This document shows, piece by piece, positions 26,397 to 38,800 of a stretch of 64,000 nt of DNA (the stretch's first letter is position 1; every line of letters starts with the position of its first letter). Origin of the DNA: Lama guanicoe. Taxonomy: Eukaryota. The stretch covers positions 8,490-72,489 of the forward strand of contig MU053379.1 of assembly GCA_013239625.1 (NCBI GenBank). The letters run 5' to 3'. The notes below the pieces were generated by a model. That model was given only the letters and a program-made list of their open reading frames with translations. It did no database searches and was not told the DNA's origin. The position numbers and the translations under genes were made by a program.

Positions 26397-26891
26397 TGTA
26401 GGGAAAGAAAGGGTTTTCCACAATCCTTTTAGGGTGACTGGCTGGGTCTGAAAATTAAACTGACAAAGATTAACAAGAGAAAAACATACTCATTTTATTA
26501 AATTTTTACATGTGCATAAGAACTTTCATAAGAGAATGAAAACCTGAAGAAGTGACTGGAGCGGGCAGCTTTTAAGCCTTTTAGACAAAGAAACAATTCA
26601 TTTGTGAAGAATTGATAAGATACAGGGGTTTGGGCTGGAGGGAGTAAATGGTGAGGAGGTATTGAGGAAGATAAGGGTGAGTTGATCAACAGTTGTTTGC
26701 AGATTCCACTGGTGCCGTCTCTGGGCTGATAAGAGTCTGTCTCCAGTAAAAGGAAAATTGATTTCTTGTTTTTTAGGCAGAAAGGAGAGGGTTTTTTTTT
26801 CTTCATTTACTGCTTCTTAATTGCTTTCAGATGAAAATAATTTTGATACTAAAGAGGCATATTTTGAAGTGACATATTTTGGTTTCCTTTA
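26397..26891 (-). mobile_element. ERV1-type solo LTR (MER34-like), apparently inserted in an older MLT1 relic
   Basis: TGTAGG start; AAAGAGGCATATTTTGAAGTGACATATTTTGGTTTCCTTTA end; TSD AAGT at 26393-26396 and 26892-26895. Confidence 0.82.
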
Positions 26892-28529
26892 AAGTTGGCC
26901 CAGCAATGGGAGTTAATTCTGGGGCTCCTCTTGGACCACCTGGAAAAGAGAAACCACCTTTCCTATGGCATTTCACGAGGGAGCCAGCTTTGTCTTGCTT
27001 TGCTCACTCTTGTGTCCTCATCCACACATAGCAAGTATGAGATAGTTTTTGAATGACTGACTCCACCAAGTTGAGAGAGTGACAGGAGAGGGTGTATTCA
27101 GAAGTGCTAAGAAAGTGGGAAAGGGGGGTACAAACGTAAAAGGACCTTTACACCCACCTGGTCTCTAAACACACGCAAGGAAAAGTTTTGGCCCCGTCAG
27201 GGAGGGAGTAGAGACAGAAAGGATCTAGAAACATCTCTCTCCTTAGAATCCTATTAACTATGGACAGAAATGAACAACTTGTTTAAATCAAATCCTTGTC
27301 TCAGGGTCTGCTCCTGGGAGAAACCAAAGGAGGCGCAGGATCTGGGGTTATGATGACATGTTTTGCTTGCTGATCTTCAGAAGCTTACAGCTTGGGAGGC
27401 TAAGACCTTCACACGAGTTTTGAGAGCCTAAAATTGACAAGTGCATGTAGCAGATATTTGGAGGGAAAACCAAGATGCCAGAACTTCGCAAATTGTGCCA
27501 AGGGGTCAAATGCAGATTCCCAGTTCCCTCTGTGCCAGTCGAGTTGCTGTGAGTGGCCATGTCCCTGGAAAGGAGAAGCTGTGCAGGAAACCTGTTTGGT
27601 GTCAGTCCAAGAAATACGGGCAGCTCATCTGCATATCCTTTAGTGACCTTCCAGAATGACAGCCAAGCCACCCACACTTCCCTGTTTGCAAATGATAGAG
27701 ATCTCATTTCTGGGGATGTTGGGATTCATGTGGCAGCCGCAGTGCCATTAGACCTGGAAGATGCTCTCTTCTCATTCCTGTCTCCTGGCAACATAGCACC
27801 AGATGCTGCTGTGAATATTAACGATCCTCATTCGTGCAACCTTTAGCGCCTTCCTTTTGCTCCTCCAGGCTGCAGCAGGGGACCACTGCTATCTGCTTCT
27901 GCAGTCTCCATCTCAACAAATCTTTTCTGCTTCTCCTGTTTGCGAAAAGAATTATTAATGAGATTTTTATCTAAGGAGATGGTTTTTACTTCTCTGCATA
28001 CACACTGCGCTTTCCAAGCCAGATTTCTAACAAAGATAATGGCATTCCCATTCCGCCAGAGTTTGTCTGTGATGGTTCTTGTTGACTTTATCTGCTGGGT
28101 GGAATATGCAATTTGTCTAATATCTTTGCTTCCCCATGTGAAGGGTTTGAAAATAAACATGGAACTGCGCAAAGGGGGAAGTCAAATAGCACTAAAATCT
28201 CAATGGGTTTCATAGTTCTTATCAGTTTCCGGCAACTTCAGGGCTGGAGTGATGTGTGTAACAGTGGTCACCCCAGGCTCGCCTATCTGCCGTCCTTCGG
28301 CTTCTCGTGCTAAGGCGCGTCCCCTTAAACGGCAAGGCGAGTGGAACTGCTCCAGCCTGGGCTGCCTCATTCACTCAGTTCTTCGCTCTGTTTCTTTACA
28401 CCTCTAATATATTCGCCAGAAGTTGTTCTTGAGAGTAAATCAAAGCACTGGAGAGAGTAGAATCCTTCCCTTCCCTTTCCTCTTCCTTTCCCCCTCCTTT
28501 CCCCCCAAATATTTAGTGACAAGCAAAAC

Positions 28530-28735
28530 TAGTGGCTTCAGAACACACACTTCAGAGGGATCCTCCTGGTTGGGGATTCCTGCGCTTGCTGCTCCATCTT
28601 TCCCAGCCTCAGTTTCCTATCTGTCAAATGGAGCTGAAGGCACCCACCTCCCCGGATTGTCAATAAATGAAATGACTTAAGATCCGTGAAATGCTTAGCC
28701 CGGTGTCTGGTCCACAGTAAGGGCTCTGTAAATGG
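28530..28735 (+). mobile_element. MIR SINE
   Basis: GCCTCAGTTTCCTATCTGTCAAATGG core and GTGAAATGCTTAGCCCGGTGTCTGGTCCACAGTAAG 3' end. Confidence 0.75.
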
Positions 28736-28740
28736 AAGCT

Positions 28741-31160
28741 TGGTAGGGTGGACTGTTTAATCAATGGCCCCCAATGATGCTGGTGTTGCCACCACTCATA
28801 GAGACCCTAGAGTTGGCCGTGTGACTTGTCCTCACAATGGGACATCAGCAAACGTGGCTGAAGCAGAGGCTGGTGATGTGCTTGTGCACTGGGGCTTTCC
28901 CTCTGGGAGAGCTGCCCCCACCATAGGAGGAAGCCCAGTCCAACCTTCTGGAGAAGGAAGGACCACAGGGAGAGAGGCCCAGCCAACCCTGAAGCTGAAT
29001 GCAGCTGCCTGACGAGACCAGCTCAAGGCAGGAACGCCTGGCTAACCAGGGAGTGCTGAGAAAAAAAATATGTGCCCAAGGCACTAAACTTTTTTTTTAA
29101 CATTTTTTAAATTGAGTTATAATCATTTTACAATGTTGTGTCAAATTCCAGTGTAGAGAGCAATTTTTCAGTTATACATGAACATACATACATTCATGGT
29201 CACATTCTCTTTCACTGTGAGCCACCACAAGATCCTGTATATATTTCCCTGTGCTACACAGTACAATCTTGTTTTTCTATTCTACATTTTGAAATCCTAG
29301 TCTGTCCCTTCCCACCCCCTGTCCCCCTGGCAACAACAAATTTGTATTCTATGTCTATGAGTCCGTTTCTGTTTTGTATTTTTTTTTTTAGATTCCACAT
29401 ATGCGCAATCTCATATGGTATTTTTCTTTCTCTTTCTGGCTTACATCACTTAGAATGACATTCTCCAGGAAAATCCATGTTGCTGCAAATGGCCTTATGT
29501 TGTCAGTTTTTGTGGCTGAATAGTATTCCATTGTATAAATAGACCATTTCTTCTTTATCCAGTCATCTGTTGATGGACATTTAGGCTGTTTCCATGTCTT
29601 GGCTATTGTAAATAGTGCTGCTATGAACATTGCGGTGCAGGTGTCATTTTGAAGTAAGGTTCATTCTGGATATATGCCCAGGAGTGGGATTCCTGGGTCA
29701 TATGGTAAGTCTATCCTAGTCTTTTGAAGAATCTCCATACTGTTTTCCACAGTGGCTGCACCAAACTGCATTCCCACCAGCAGTGTAGGAGGGTTCCCTT
29801 TCTCCACAGCCTCTCCAGCATTTGTCATTTGTGGACTTTTGAATGATGGCCATTCTGACTGGTGTGAGGTGATACCTCATTGTAGTTTTGATTTGCATTT
29901 CTCTGATAATTAATGATACTGAGCATTTTTTCATGTGTCTATTGGTCATTTGCATTTCTTCCCTGGAGAATTGCTTGTTTAGGTTTTCTGCCCATTTTTG
30001 GATTGGGTTGTTTGTTTTTTTCTTATTAAGTCATATGAGCTGCTTATATATTCTGGAGATCAAGTCTTTGTCAGTTTCATTTGCAAAAATTTTCTCCCAT
30101 TCCGTAGGTTGTCTTTTTGTTTTACTTATGGTTTCCTTTGCTGTGCAGAAGCTTGTAAGTTTCATTAGGTCCCATTTGTTTATTCTTGCTTTTATTTCTA
30201 TTGCTTGGGTAGACTGCCCTAGGAGAACAGTTTTGAGATGTATGTCAGATGCTTTGCCTATATCTTCTTCTAGGAGGTTTATTGTATGTTGTCTTATGTT
30301 TAAATCTTTGATCCATTTTGAGTTTATTTTTGTGTATGATGTAAGAGAGTGTTCTAGCTTCATTGATTTACATGTTGCTGTCCAGTTTTCCCAACATCAT
30401 TTGCTGAAGACACTGTCTTTATTCCATTGTATATTCTTGCCTCCTTTGTCAAAGACTAGTTGACCAAAAGTTTGTGGGTTCATTTCTGGGCTCTCTATTC
30501 TGTTCCATTGGTCTATGTGTCTGTTTTCGTACCAACACCATGCTGTCTTGATGACTGTAGCTCTATAGTATTGTCTGAAGTCTGGAAGAGTTATTCCTCA
30601 AGCCTGTTTCTTTTTCTTCAGTAATGCTTTGGCAATTCTAGGTCTTTTGTGGTTCCATATAAATTTTATTATGATTTCTTCTAGTTCTGTGAAATATGTC
30701 CTGGATAATTTGATAGGGATTGCATTAAATCTGTAGATTGCCTTGGGCCGTGTGACCATTTTAACAATATTGATTCTTCCAATCCAGGAGCATGGGATAT
30801 CTTTCTATTTTTTAAAGTCTTCTTTAATTTCCTTCACCAGTGTTTTAGTTTTCCATGTATAAGTCTTTCACCTCCTTGGTTAGATTTATTCCTAGGTATT
30901 TTATTACTTTGGGTGCTACTTTAAAGGGGATTGTTTCTTTACTTTCTTTTTCTGTTGATTCATCGTTAGTGTGAAGAAATGCAACTGATTTTTGAATGTT
31001 AATCTTGTAACCTGCTACCTTGCTGAATTCTTCGATTATTTCTAGTAGTTTTTGTGTGGACCTTTTAGGGTTTTCTATATATAGTACCATGTCATCTGCA
31101 TATAGCCAAGTCACTAAGCTTTGATATCATTTGTTCTGCAGCAGAAGCTAACTGGTGTAC
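28741..31160 (+). mobile_element. MaLR LTR (MLT1E/F-like) split by the L1 insertion (parts 28741-29092 and 31106-31160)
   Basis: ATGGCCCCCAATGAT start; CCAAGTCACTAAGCTTTG...TTTGTTCTGCAGCAGAAGCTAACTGG end resumes after the L1. Confidence 0.7.
29093..31105 (-). mobile_element. 5'-truncated L1, about 2 kb (RT from the YADD motif through 3'UTR and tail)
   Basis: Minus-strand ORFs [34 protein letters not shown]-rich tail at left; TSD CCAAGGCACTAAACTTT (29076-29092) / CCAAGTCACTAAGCTTT (31106-31122), 2 mismatches. Confidence 0.97.
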
Positions 31161-31363
31161 CTAAAGGAAGCTGCTTTCATAACTGCCATCTTGTGTAACC
31201 CACATAATAATTCTGTGGGGCAGGCGATGTTATTTTCCGCTTTTCTGGTGACGACATGAAGGCTCAAGACTCAGGTAGTGTCTCCTTGGTTGTCCAGATC
31301 CTCCTGATAGTTGCTGAGGAAGATGTGCAAGGTGCAGGGCATGTTTATTTACCTATCTAATGC

Positions 31364-31960
31364 TTTAAGTGAAGTATAGTTGATGTATACTGTTGTGTTG
31401 GTTTCAGGTGTACAGCAAAGTGTTTCAGTTATACATATACATACATATATATATATATATATATGTATGTATATATATGTATTCTTCTTCAGATTCTTTT
31501 CCATTATAGGTTATTACAAGATATTGAATATAGTTCCCTGTATAGGACCTTGTTGTTTATTTATTTTATATTGACTAGTGTGTATCTGTTAATCCCAAAT
31601 TCCTAATTTATCCCTCCCCACCCCCATTTCCCCTTTGGTAACCATCATTTTGTTTTCTATGTCTGAGTTGGTTTGTTTTGTAAGTTCATTTGCATCATTT
31701 TTTAGATTCCACATATAAGTGATATCATATGATATTTGTCTTTCTCTGGCTGACTTATTTCATTTAGTATGATAATCCCTAAATCCATCCATGTTACTGC
31801 AAATGGCATTATTTCATTTTTTTATGGCTAAGTGATATTCCATTGTATATATACCACATCTTCTTTATCCAGTCATCTGTCAATGGACACTTAGGTTGCT
31901 TTCATGTCTTGGCTGTTGTAAATAGTGCTGCTATGAACTTTGGGATTTTCATCTTTTCCA
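31364..31960 (-). mobile_element. L1 3' end, older subfamily, with internal (TA)n
   Basis: Reverse complement of the 671-1182 type 3'UTR (TTTCAGGTGTACAGCAAAGTG, TACAAGATATTGAATATAGTTCCCTG). Confidence 0.92.
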
Positions 31961-32532
31961 GACATATGTACAGGGCATATTTAAACACTGTTCTTAGATG
32001 AAACACAACCTTTTCATGCAGGTAGAACCCTATGTTAGATCTCTTTGTATTTGTCAGATGTTGTAATAATATACAGTCAAGAAAGCATGACTGAGCTGAG
32101 GAAGTGAGCTTACAAACTAACCCAGCTCTCCTCCCTGCCTTAACAAAGGAGGCTGGCAAGAGTTTCTCATCTGACATTGCTGATCACTGTTGATGGCTTT
32201 GCAGGTGCACTGGTGTCATTTTCCTGAACAACAGAGGAATGGAAGCTTCTTCAGGCTGCAGGTTCTGAGAGCTTACTTGCAGGTGGTCTTTCTGATGTCC
32301 TCTCCACTCCAATTCTGGGCTGACTTTCTCTCAGTAGAATAAGTTATTGCACTCCCAAAATGGCCCCAAATTTCCATCATTAGAAACTGCTAAAATTTTG
32401 GTTATACTTTGTAGTCTCTATAGGTCTCCTAGAAAATTCAAATATCCCCCAAAGGACAGTACATCAGTCTAGTTAGTTCCTTCCTATGGAATGGGACATA
32501 GGGTAGATTTATATTGGTTGGTGGTCAACGTT

Positions 32533-32821
32533 GAGCCACAGATGTAATTTTCAATTTTCCAGTAGCTGCATTAAAAAGTATAAAGAAACTGGTGGAATTA
32601 ATTTCTAAAATTTTATCTAACCCAATTTCAAACTCTTTCTATTTCAACATGTGATCAATATTTAAAAAATTATTAATGAGACACTTCACATTAATTTTTC
32701 TTACCAAGTCTTCAGAATCTTCGATGTGTTTCAGATTTATAGCACATCTCAAGTCTGACTCACCACCTCTCCAGCGTTCAGTAGCCATACATGGCTAGTG
32801 GCTACCATGCTGACATCACGG
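32533..32821. mobile_element. hAT-Charlie non-autonomous element (MER33-like)
   Basis: GAGCCACAGATGTAATTTT...CAGTAGCCATACATGGCTAGTGGCTACCAT. Confidence 0.75.
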
Positions 32822-32932
32822 ATAAAGATCCAGTTTACTGGATTGTAAACTGGGGACAGTGAGCTGCCCTCATGTGCTGTGCACATTAAATACAATCACA
32901 AGTGAAAGTTCTGTGTCATCCCTGCAGGACAT

Positions 32933-33472
32933 CAGGGGGTGACCCAAAAGTCTTCTTGCAGATTTAATCTTTAACAATTTCAGAAATATCAATGTTACAA
33001 TCTACAGAAACAATCCTTTGAAAGTTTGTTTCAATTGACTTGATACTTATATACTTTCACAAATTTTAAATAGTATATTTTAAATTTAATTTTTTAGGTG
33101 CCACAGTCTCTGGGTGATGCTTTCTCAGGCTGGTGGCTCTGTAGTGGGGTCTTCTTGCTTGGCAGAGTCATCACTTGATGTAGATCCATTCAGCTGTATT
33201 TTGTGTGAGTCACATCAAAACCGTCATGTATGAAATGAAGACTTGGTGACGGGATGATGACTGAACAGCAGCTGATAAAAATTTACAACATTGGGAAACT
33301 GACTAAAGCAAAACCTAGCACAGGATGGTGGTGACGTTGAATTTAATAAGAACATATTACTACCGTAAAATTGTAATAATTAATCTTTCAGATGCTATTT
33401 GTTTTAGGTTTACACCATTTACACTCCGAAGTAATTAAAGCTTAAATTGGCACTAGCCTTCTGGACACCCAG
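32933..33472. mobile_element. Tc1/mariner-type non-autonomous DNA transposon with long degenerate TIRs
   Basis: Left GGTGACCCAAAAGTC...TTTAATCTTTAA...TTTGAAAG aligns over about 85 bp with the reverse complement of the right end CTTTCAGA...TTAAAGCTTAAA...CTGGACACCC; TA follows the right end. Confidence 0.7.
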
Positions 33473-34255
33473 TATTTATGTTAGTTGCTGAGAAGTTTAT
33501 TAGAATTGTTTCCCCCAATCAATCCTAACCTGTCTCCACAGAATTATCCCCTAAAGGGCTGTGCTGCGGAGGCTGTTTTGCCAGCTCTGAGGGTTGGGAA
33601 ATCTGTGGTGATGCACACTTCTTACATGGTCAGGAAAAGTCCTCACTCTGATCTGTCTGTGAGAATGAAGACCTACTTAGAGATCAGGCAGCCTTTTTCC
33701 CTGCACTGTGAGACAACGAGGCTGCTTTGCATTTTTTCAGGAGTCATGAGGGGAGGGACCCTGCAGCAGTGCGCAGAGATCTTAGGTATTGCATGTAAAC
33801 CGCCATGTCTAGGCGAAGCACAGTAGTTTTATTAGTGATAGTGAAAATCCCCCAGGAATGCCTCCATAACTTGTTTTCAAATCAGAAGAATCCATGACTT
33901 TTGAAGGCTATGGTTAAGATTGTCATTAGTCCATTTGTCCTCCTTTGTGGTTATTAAGAAAAAGTGTCCCTTCCTCTAGGAGAGAAACAGCCCTGCCCCA
34001 CGGCATGTGGCTTGGTGACTGGAGTCTGACTGGATTTCAGCCCCAGTTCAATTGCTTGATGGGGTGTCTTTTGTAGACAACATGTACCACTGTACCTGGC
34101 AGCCCTGGCTCCTCCCTATTCCCATTGCCTCTCAAGACTGACATGGTACAAGTGGGGCAGCCATGTAGTCGGCTCATAGACCAGTTTGGATAATCCATTG
34201 TTGGGCTGTGGTCCATTACCCTGCCTTCCACAATCAGTCAGATAGAATACTCATC

Positions 34256-34444
34256 TTTTTTTTTTTGACTTTGTTTTGTTTTGTTAAATCTTTTTCAATC
34301 CTCATCACAATTTTATTTTATTTTATTTTAGTGGGAGGAGGTAATAAAGTTCTTATTTATTTTTAGAGGAGGTATAGGGGATTGAACCCAGGACCTTTTT
34401 TATGCCGAGCATGCACTCTACCACTTGAGCTATACCCTACCCCT
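34256..34444 (-). mobile_element. tRNA-Ala-derived SINE (vic-1-like) with extended tail
   Basis: GGGGATTGAACCCAGGACC...CTACCACTTGAGCTATACCC; TSD GAATACTCA at 34245-34253 and 34445-34453. Confidence 0.92.
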
Positions 34445-35663
34445 GAATACTCACATTTTAAGGACAAGAAAGGGGGAAAAACGACTCTTAATGTCCTTAA
34501 TATTATTTAGGAACAATAGAATTTCAACTTCTAACCACTGCCATACCACTAAAAGACATTTCATTTCACTGATATTTTACCCTTTTCCCTAGAGCAATTG
34601 GATATACCACATGTCACAAGACCAAAGGATATTTATCCCCAATAATTTAAAACTGGAACCCAAAAGGGAAGGAATGCCCTTGTACCACTGTCTAAATGAA
34701 TTGAACTGCTCCCCAAGTGAAGCCATGGCCCTTCAAGCCAGAAGATTACACATATTTACCCAACACATGAAAAAATAACACTGAAATTATGTCTAGTTCA
34801 TTTTCTCTGGCTTTGATTAGAGGTTAAACAATTCCCAAAGAATGGTAAAAACAAGAGAAAATATACATTCCCCATGTGTTAGAGCAGATGGCATATGCAA
34901 ACTCGATGAACTGATGATAAAAATACACACCCATAGTATTGACATTTATTGGTGCAAAGAGAATTTTGAAAATCAAATTGGCCTCAATGATGGAGAGATA
35001 ATCATTTGGCTTCATGACTCTAACTGAAAATGGAAAGAGAACTTGTTCCCTAGTTTCAGAAAGAATTTTAGAACTACCCAGGCACTTCCTATAATTGCAC
35101 CATTACTTTTGATGAAAATGACAGGTCAGGAAATTTTCATTTTCTTATGCCGCTTCTGGACTAGTAAACATTGCCTTTTCTCACTCCCTGTCACCTACAT
35201 GCACAAACACACATGCTTTAGTTAGTCTGTCATAATTCAATGCAGTAGTTAATTCCTTTCCTCCTAATTCTCTCCTTCACATCCTGTGGTTATAATCTGA
35301 ACTCATCCAGAGAAATGTAAAGACAAGCTGCCTTTTCATGTAACTTTGTTCTCGGGAGCACAGAAGAGCTCCACTTTCAGCTGCTATATGTACAGGCACT
35401 GTTGGTCTCCTGTCCCTATCTTGTTGCATTCACCATCCCAATACTGGCTGACAGTATTCTTCTGCAAGATTGCTACTCTCAGCTTGATGGCTTTCTCTCA
35501 ACGTGTGTGGACTGAGTCAGAAATGCCAGAGTTAATGCCATCAGAAATATCATTCAGTCAGTGATGGATGCGATTTGGAGGATAAATACCCCAGCTCCCT
35601 CATCCCTTGAACAAGGGACAAAGTGTGCTCCAGACTGTCTTCTCACCTAGAGACCTGCAGACA

Positions 35664-35835
35664 AGGGTTATTGAACAAAATATAAAATGTCCAGTTAAAT
35701 TTGAAATTCAGTTAAGCAATGAATAATTTTTCTAGTAAGATCTATCCTAAATATTGCATGGGACATTCTTGAACTAAAAAAAATTATTTGTTGTTTTTCA
35801 GACATTCAAATTTAATGGAATCTATTTATTTACTA
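35664..35835. mobile_element. Palindromic MITE (MER53-like)
   Basis: CCAGTTAAATTTGAAATTCAG...AATAATTTTT mirrored by AAAAATTATTT...TTCAAATTTAA; AGGGTT...AACCCT ends. Confidence 0.8.
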
Positions 35836-38800
35836 AATATGGTAACACAACCCTAGAGAAATTGAACCCCAGTTGTCCATATGGTGCTCTGTTGAAATGG
35901 CAGAAGATTTTGGCCTCCTTCCCTGTATCATTTCACCTTTTTCCTACCAATGCTTCCTGGGATTCTCTTCTACCTAAGGCCAGGTTCCCTAGAAGTAGAG
36001 CCTGAGAAGGGGGTTCTAACATAAGTGATTTATTGAGATGGTGCTCTTAGGAGAAATCCTGAAAGTGCACAGGGAAGCAGGATAGGACAGAAGGGGCTGA
36101 GCAATGATATGGTTTTAGGAAGAGTCCATTTTCAGCCTGATTGCATGGGGTGCTCTGGAGAGCATGACTGACATCCCAGGGTTATCATAGCATGAGTTGA
36201 AAGAGACTGATTTTGCTACCTCCCCACTGCCATCCCCTACTATTTAGTTGTTGGCTGTGGTTTACCCAGATCAGTGCAAGGAAGAAGGATGTGGGCAAAC
36301 ACCAACAACATCTACAGTACCTCCCAAACAGCCTGTCCTATTATCTTTGTCTTAGGGTTTATCTCTGGGCAGACTAAACTTGAAACACTATTAGTAAAAT
36401 TCTTGATGTTTCCTACTTCCTCAAAGATAATCATTTCCCCAAGCACTAAATTCTGTAACTCCCTTGAGGGATGGAATTGCAACTTATTTGCAATATTTCA
36501 CACATGAAAAATAGTCAACAAATATGTGTTGAATTGAATTGTACATAGACACAACTGATGTATCAATAATGTAACTATTCATAAAAATCACACTTTTGTT
36601 TTATGTCCACTACATAAACTAGGCACTCTATTAGGTTACTCATTTTAAAATTCAAAGAACAAAAAAAGCATTGCAATCATGTCTTGAAAATACACTGGAA
36701 CTAGTCCCAGCCTTGTTATATCTTTAGTGAATTAATAAATTATGGGAACTCAGTTTCCTGCTAAGTGTCACTGAAGCACAGACACAGTAGCTAGGGGATG
36801 GAAGTTGAGGGAGGATAAAAGATCTGTCTTCTGACAATATTTCCCCCGATGAGCTCTCCTTTCATGTAGGCAGCTATGTCAAGGAAATACACAGCATTGC
36901 CAGAATGCTTGCTGAGAACCAGAAGGCCCACTCATCAAAGTGGCCATTGTTTAGATCTCAAGATGTTGCATCTTCCAAAGAAGCCACCCAGCCCTATTGG
37001 CACTGCTTCATGGGCACCAAATCTTCAGGGGATGTTTGCTGGGGTAGGAGGAACAATGGATGGGACACTGAGGCACCAGGTTGATGCGCTCAATTTGGAC
37101 AAAGCCAGGCAACCTAGCTCTTGTAGGGCAATGGTAGTGGCCTTGGGATGTGGGACACACTAGATTTAATGGAACTCAGTAACCACTGGATCAGGTCAGA
37201 CATAAAAGAGAATGATCAGAACCTGAGGCATGGGAACCACAACAGGAACATATATAATGTGCCCTTGAGTCTTTAAGTGCCCCATTTGAAGACAGACTTG
37301 GTCCTGAAGACAATTAGCCAACCATCTTGGGAACTGGAGGAATAGAGGTAAGTTTTCAGGAAATATTTGTTTTTCAAAGGAAAATGTCCAGAATATTTGA
37401 TGTTGTGCATGGTCAGGGTGTGTGTATACCTATTGAGCAAAACCCTGGCAGTTAGAGGCAGTAGGCAAGCTTGGAGCTCAGGGGCATGAGAGCTGGGTGA
37501 TGGAAGGGAGTGAGGATTAGACAAAAATGTAGGAGCTGCTGTAGAAATAAGGGACCATTAAAGAGAAAGCTAATGGTCAACCACTTTGGAAAACTCTTTG
37601 ATGTGTCTATACAAACTAAGCGTTTGAATACTCTATCATCCAGTGATTCCACTCCACTATATATGCCCAACAGAGAAGTTACAGCAAAAGTTCAGCAAAA
37701 GTTAAATACAGAAATGATCATGGCATTTTTATTTCTTGACCTGGGTTTTGGTTACTCTGTTACACTGGTGAGTTCAGTTTGCAAAAATTTGTGGAGCTGT
37801 ACACTTAGAATTAATTCTGTCTGGATATTATTCTTCAATAAAACATTAAATGACAATATAAAAAAAGAAAATTATGGAATAGGTAAGACACAATTCACCT
37901 ATGTCCTAACTGTGCCAAGTGGCAAACTCCACCTTTGTTTTCTATAGATCATATAAAGGGGGAGATGATTTAGGTAGTTGAACAGTCACTGACTTTCAGA
38001 GTGTGACGGGGTAGTACTCAGCTCCTTCAAGCACCCTTGAAGCAGACATCCCCACTACACAATTCCAGAAAGGTCATTCTGGGGATGCATTTAGATAGTC
38101 TGTTGTTTCAGTGATAACTTTGTTTGAAAGTCTGCATAAGTGAAAACGCAGATTCAGAAGACACGTCTAAGACACCAGCAGCAGAGGGTTCCCAGATCTT
38201 CACGCTCAGTTACACACCAACAGGGCTGCTTCCTTCTGTCCCATAATTTTCTTCAGGTTGTCGACTTCCTGGTAATCTCTGCTGGAATATGGCCCAGTAA
38301 GGCCTCTTGGGTCTTTGTTCTATGATCTAAGTGTTTCTCCAGGGTGCTTAATTCAAATTCCCAAGAATTCCTGAGCTCAACTTTTCATAGGCTGACGATA
38401 AGCTGGTGAACAGACAGACCTTGAATGAGGCGGCTTCTCCTGGACTCATCAGCTGGGGTGCTGGTGAGTCGGGGTCACATGGTAGAAGTCATTTGGCTAT
38501 GTCAGCATCACCTGACTCTGGGCAGTTTTTTTCTAGAAGAGGGTGTGGTCTTCCCAGGACTCAGACCTATGACTTCTCTATACTCCCTTCTTCCTTTAGT
38601 TTCCAAAGTCAAATTCTCAAAGCAATCTTTTAGTATAAATTCACTTTTGCCCACCTGGTCTGAGTCTTCCCTTACTTTAACCTAAGAACAGTCAACTGTC
38701 AAATTTCCAAGTGATAATGATGGAATGAGCCCCTCAAATTCTCAGAATATCCTGAACCTTCATCTGGGGTGTGAGTTTCCACCTCCCTTTCATCCCAATC

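Noticed and set aside
29888..30463. 191-aa plus-strand ORF (longest in the track)
   Set aside because: Antisense reading of L1 ORF2, a known artefact
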